Positions 59,710 through 64,000 of a stretch of 64,000 nucleotides of DNA are shown in pieces. The first letter of the stretch is position 1, and each line of letters begins with the position of its first letter. The notes under the pieces were generated by a model, which was given only the letters and a program-made list of their open reading frames with translations, was not told the DNA's origin and ran no database searches. The translations under genes and the position numbers were made by a program. The stretch spans positions 296,039-360,038 of the forward strand of contig NIVC01000347.1 in NCBI GenBank assembly GCA_002269645.1, given 5' to 3'. Origin of the DNA: Macrostomum lignano (Eukaryota).

Positions 59710-60261
59710 GGCAATCCTACACTTCCGTTCGGTAAATTATTTTCACATTTGAATTCGTACCACCGAGTCAAATGACGTCGATTGGCAATGTGTCTATGGC
59801 CAAAAGTTTGAGCGAACAGAGTTTAAAGGGGTGTCAGTTTAAGGGAGCTGTTGCTTGTGAGCTGCTTGTTTTATTGAGCTTCAATTTCTCATATCTTCCA
59901 GTCTTCATTGCCATGGAGACATGTCCACACCAACACCGTGGAGGGCACATGGGCCCACGCGAAGCGCAAGATCCGCAACATGCATGGCACGAGCGACGCT
60001 CTCTTTTGATGCACACATTGAGGAATTTCTCTGGCGTCGTCTGTATCCCCAATGTCCATTTGGGGCTATCCTGTACTGGATTGGACATTACTATCCATTG
60101 TAGACACCTTAATGACCTATAGACACTCTAAGTGACTATGCGCTCTAACAGACTGCTACCATGTTCCACTGTTTTAGTTTTGTTTGGTTACATTGTTATT
60201 TACCACGCCTGTTCAAAATTCAATGTCAAAATAATTTACCGAACGGAAGTGTAGGATTGCC
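59710..60261 (+). mobile_element. Internally deleted Merlin/IS1595(ISXO2)-type DNA transposon (552 bp)
   Basis: About 45-bp TIRs GGCAATCCTACACTTCCGTTCGGTAAATTATTTT(C/G)ACATT..GAATT. The internal ORF remnant HTNTVEGTWAHAKRKIRNMHGTSDALFDAHIEEFLWRR is the typical ISXO2-like transposase C-terminus. No clean TSD. Confidence 0.88.
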
Positions 60262-60309
60262 ACTATAATTAATTATATTATATGCAGTTAAAAAAATAAA
60301 TTTAAAGAA

Positions 60310-61730
60310 TTAATTCTCCCCACTTTTTTCTTACCCCTATATTTCTTCCCCTATATCTCCTTACCCTATACTATACTCCCTCTCCTTTATTATCCTCTCT
60401 TTCTTTAGGGCCTATTCTCCCTGGCTTTTCTACCTTCCTTTGCTCTGACCACTCTTCTACTTTCTCCTGCCCTCTTTTCCACACTTTATCTCATTCACTT
60501 TCCTTTGCTCTCCAATGCTCTCTATCTCTCCCCTATTCTACCCTTGCTTCCCCATTCTTCCCCCTCTCTCCAAGTCTCTTTTCTCTCTTCTCTCCCTACA
60601 CTATATTGCTTGCCCATTCTCTTCTCTCCCCTAGTCCCCTTCCTCACTTCTCCCTTTTCTTTCTCTACATTCTCTACTTTCTTCCCCTCTCCTCAGTTTT
60701 CATCTCTCCCTCTACTCTACCCTACTCACCTATTCTCCCTCTCTCCCCTAGGCTCTAATTCCCCCTCTTCCCCATCCTTATTCTACACTGTTCCCTTACT
60801 CTTTCTTCTATTATCCAGTCTGCCTTTCTCCTCCCCCTTAAACCTACTCTTCACTACTCTCCTACCCTCTCCCTCTTCCCACTCTCCCCTGCTATCCCCT
60901 TACTCTCCTCCATTCTCTTCCAGACCCTCTCTCCCCTCTTCCCCCCTCTTGCTACTCTTCACTGCTCCCCTACTCACCCTCTCTTTCAGCTTTCCCCTGC
61001 TCTCCCCTTGCTCCCCCTTTTCCCCTACTATATCCCTGCTCACTCCCACTCTCCCCCTTTCTACCAGTCCCCCTCTCTCCTACTACCCCTCTGCCCTCTC
61101 CCTACTCTACCCCTCTCCCCTTGCTCCCCACTCTACCCCTGCTCTCCACTAGTCCCCCTTTCCCCCTCTCCCTCTTCCTCCTCTCCCCTCTTCCCCCTCT
61201 CCCTCTTCCCCTCTCCCTTCTTTCCCCTCTCCCTACTCTACACTGCTCCCTCTTTTCCCCCGCCTCCCGCTCTCCCCTACTCTACCCCCTTGCCACCACC
61301 TCTCCCCATCCACCTCTCCTCCCACTCACTCTACCCCATCCCCACTCACCCTCTCCCTCTCTCTACTCTATATCGCTCCCCACTCTCCCCTCTTTCTGCT
61401 CTCCTCTGCTTATCCTCTCTTCTTTGTTCTCTGCAGCTCTTCTCCACTCTCTGCAGCTCTTCCCTGCTCTTCCCCACTCTCTCTGATCTTCCCCACTCTA
61501 CTCCGCTCTTCTCCACTCTCCTCCGCTCTCCCCCTCTTCCCTGCTCTTCCCCTCTCCTTCGCTCTTCCCCACTCTCCTCCACTCTTCCCCCTCTTCCCGC
61601 TCTTCCCCACTCTCCTCCGCTCTTCTCACTCTCCTCCGCTCTTCTCCACTCTCCTCCGCTCTTCCCCACTCTCCTCCGCTCTTCCCCCTCTTCCCCGTTC
61701 TTCCCTACTCTCCTCTGCTCTTCTCCACCA
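60310..61730. repeat. ~1.4-kb C/T-rich low-complexity (polypyrimidine) tract
   Basis: Direct reading; loosely periodic CTCTCC/CTCTTCCCC units. Confidence 0.95.
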
Positions 61731-61787
61731 GGCTAGCCTCTTCGTTGATTCGTTGATAAAGCTTTAATAGCTTGACCACTTGTCGCT

Positions 61788-63700
61788 TCAGTGCGTGATC
61801 AGGCACTGCAGAAGTAGCGTCAGTGCAGTGTTCCAAATGTTGGTCAATCTGATCATTCCAGTAGGATAGCAATTTGCATTGTGCTCTTTGACTAGCTTCT
61901 CGCCCTTCGCAGTAAGTTTGTTAAGAGACCTGTTTAGCACTTTGTTGAGCTTTTGGCCAGCTGCAGCAGTAGCTGCTTGTCGAATTAGAAACGCACGTTC
62001 ACATGCTAGCTGCTGCAGCTTACTGAGAACAGCTTCTTTAGGCATTCTCCTCGTTAGTCCACAAGTGTCATTATCAGCGGAATGCAGCAGCTCCTGCTCC
62101 CAAACGCGACAATTGCGACAAAGGATTCAATATCACCTGTGTGAAAGTAAAGTAAATAAAGTAGATGCCTACACTAGCCATTATTATCTAGCGTGTGGAC
62201 ATATTTAGTGCTTCAGCTTACATTTTTCTTTGGATACGCGGACAAAAACAAAAACGAATGCATTTAAACATTTACGACGCAATTAAATATTAAATATTAA
62301 ATATTAAAAAATAATATATTAAATATTAAATAATGCCTTTTTAATTAAAGTAGCTTATCCATAATCATTGCTCACCATTCCCTCCAATGTTTACAATAGC
62401 TGACGTAGTAACTCAGTTTTCTTAATGTAGAACAGCCCTACTAGGCCATTGCAAACATGCAACATATCATCTAGTCCATTCTTTTGGCAGAATGATTGAA
62501 CTTCAATTGAAAACGCTTCAGGCTTTGCTCCTCTACCTTGGTTTGTTGAAAAAGCCAGACACCTATAAACAAATTTAGGAAGAAGTTAAAAAGTTATGAT
62601 GAAAAAATGATGAAAATGAACATACGCGAACAAATTCATGCATTAAATGAAGGCAGGCAGCTGAAAGAGGCTAACTGGTAAGAAAAGCCTTAGTAATTAA
62701 AAACTTTGTCCCTATAAAGAGATTATGATATAGTTTAGGAAAATGCTGCAAAGTATATGCTTATACTTCATAGAATTTCGGACAACTCACTAATAGTATT
62801 AATGACGTTTAGATTGACGGAGCTCACCCAATAGTTAAGGAATTCGCGCCTGTTGACATGAGTCATTTCCTTCAACTGTGGCCAAAGCGACGTGACATAG
62901 ACCAAAGCCATTCACAGCTTTTGCCATCAGTCAAGCCTACTCCGGATTGGTGTCAAATGCCAAACTTAGTTTGGCAGGCCTCTTTGTGGCCATATGAGTG
63001 AAAAGCTAGAATGGCAAAGCTGACTTTGGCATCACTGAAGTGACCAGCAAGCTTGCAACCGATGTCATAAGAGACAACAAGCTTCTGGTCTTCTGGATTA
63101 TCGTCCAGAAGCTTAGAAACCATGGCTTTAGAGTAGGCAAGCCTGAGAAACAATGAAAAACCAATGCGCACTTTATATTAGTAGTATATACAGAATTTAC
63201 ATGAAATTATTTAAAAAGAACCTTTTCTAGTAAGAAAAAGATTTTCCAGAATGAAAGGAGAAATAAAAGTAGATGGACATGTCTTTATAGAAGTATGTGT
63301 TGCATCCTTACCTTTCTCCTTTTGTCACGAGGTCGGAAAGATAAGAAACAGCAGAGTGCCGGCAGATCCACAGAATAAGCCAAAATGTCAAGCTTACTTT
63401 CGTCAGATGCAGTCGTAAGGTCTTTTCCACAACATCCAGCAGTCCAATTGGGACAATAGGACTTGCTAGGACTTCTGACATTTGAAAGTCCACATTGACA
63501 AAATAGCCAGTGGATGGTGGAAGCACAGCTTTTCTAGCAAGCCTTCGGTGTCTAAAACCGAAGCAGGCATCCAGCATCTAAAAAACAGGAATGGTTGGAT
63601 TTCTACTGACAGAGAAGCAGCATAGGACATCTTCGACTTCAGTAGATGTAGCGGCACAATTAGCGTCATTGCCTAAGCCGCTGCTGTTCGTTTGTGTCTC
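61788..63700 (-). pseudogene. Decayed, intron-containing KDZ (Kyakuja-Dileera-Zisupton) transposase
   Basis: Motifs in order on the minus strand: LDACFGFRHRR, CRHS..DLVTKGE|R-LAY (phase-2 intron 63311-63143), YDIGC..FHSYGHKEACQ, GVGLTDGKSCEWLWS, ERAFL..AGQ..LVKEHN. In-frame TGA (GGC ATT TGA) and frameshifts are present. The 5' part probably lies beyond the window. Confidence 0.82.
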
Positions 63701-64000
63701 CTGTATAGAAAGGGCAGGGCACAACCCTTAACAGTATGTTTTGTAACTGGTTTAAATATAATTATGAAACATATATATAAATATATTAATTATTATATTT
63801 TTCATTATAAAAATATAAGTATGCAGAAAATATAATTGACGAGTAAGATAAAATAATAAAACCTTTACGATGAAGCACGACAGGCATGTTGCTTAGGGCC
63901 CCAGCGAATATATATCAAAAGCCGTCAAAATGCTTGAAAGCTGCTGGATGTGTTTAACGCATGGAATATGTTGACCTAAAATAGACGATTGTTAGATCAC

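Overview
Eukaryotic (animal) genomic DNA with short GC-rich exons separated by introns and spacers packed with 12-72 bp minisatellites and long (TCTA/TAGA)n tracts. This style suggests a free-living flatworm such as Macrostomum, but that is inference only. Six spliced host genes were reconstructed by hand with consistent intron phases: (1) a secreted short perlecan-like protein (signal peptide, 2 Ig, LamG/EGF domain V; minus strand, runs off the left edge), (2) an IAP (BIR-BIR-UBA-RING), (3) a 3-exon rhodopsin-class peptide-type GPCR, (4) a CD20/MS4A-like 4-TM protein, (5) an orphan single-pass membrane protein with a Cys cluster, and (6) a FAIM-like gene apparently encoding only one FAIM half. 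Mobile DNA comprises a decayed Ty3/gypsy LTR element holding a tRNA-derived SINE and a younger, internally deleted Ty3/gypsy element, a hAT-type MITE, a CACTA/EnSpm-like non-autonomous element, a mini Merlin/IS1595-type element, a decayed intron-containing KDZ (Zisupton-like) transposase, and a microsatellite-tailed dispersed repeat. There are no rRNA genes, functional tRNA genes or CRISPR arrays. Family assignments rest on motif recognition from memory; no database search was run. Repeat-array boundaries are approximate.
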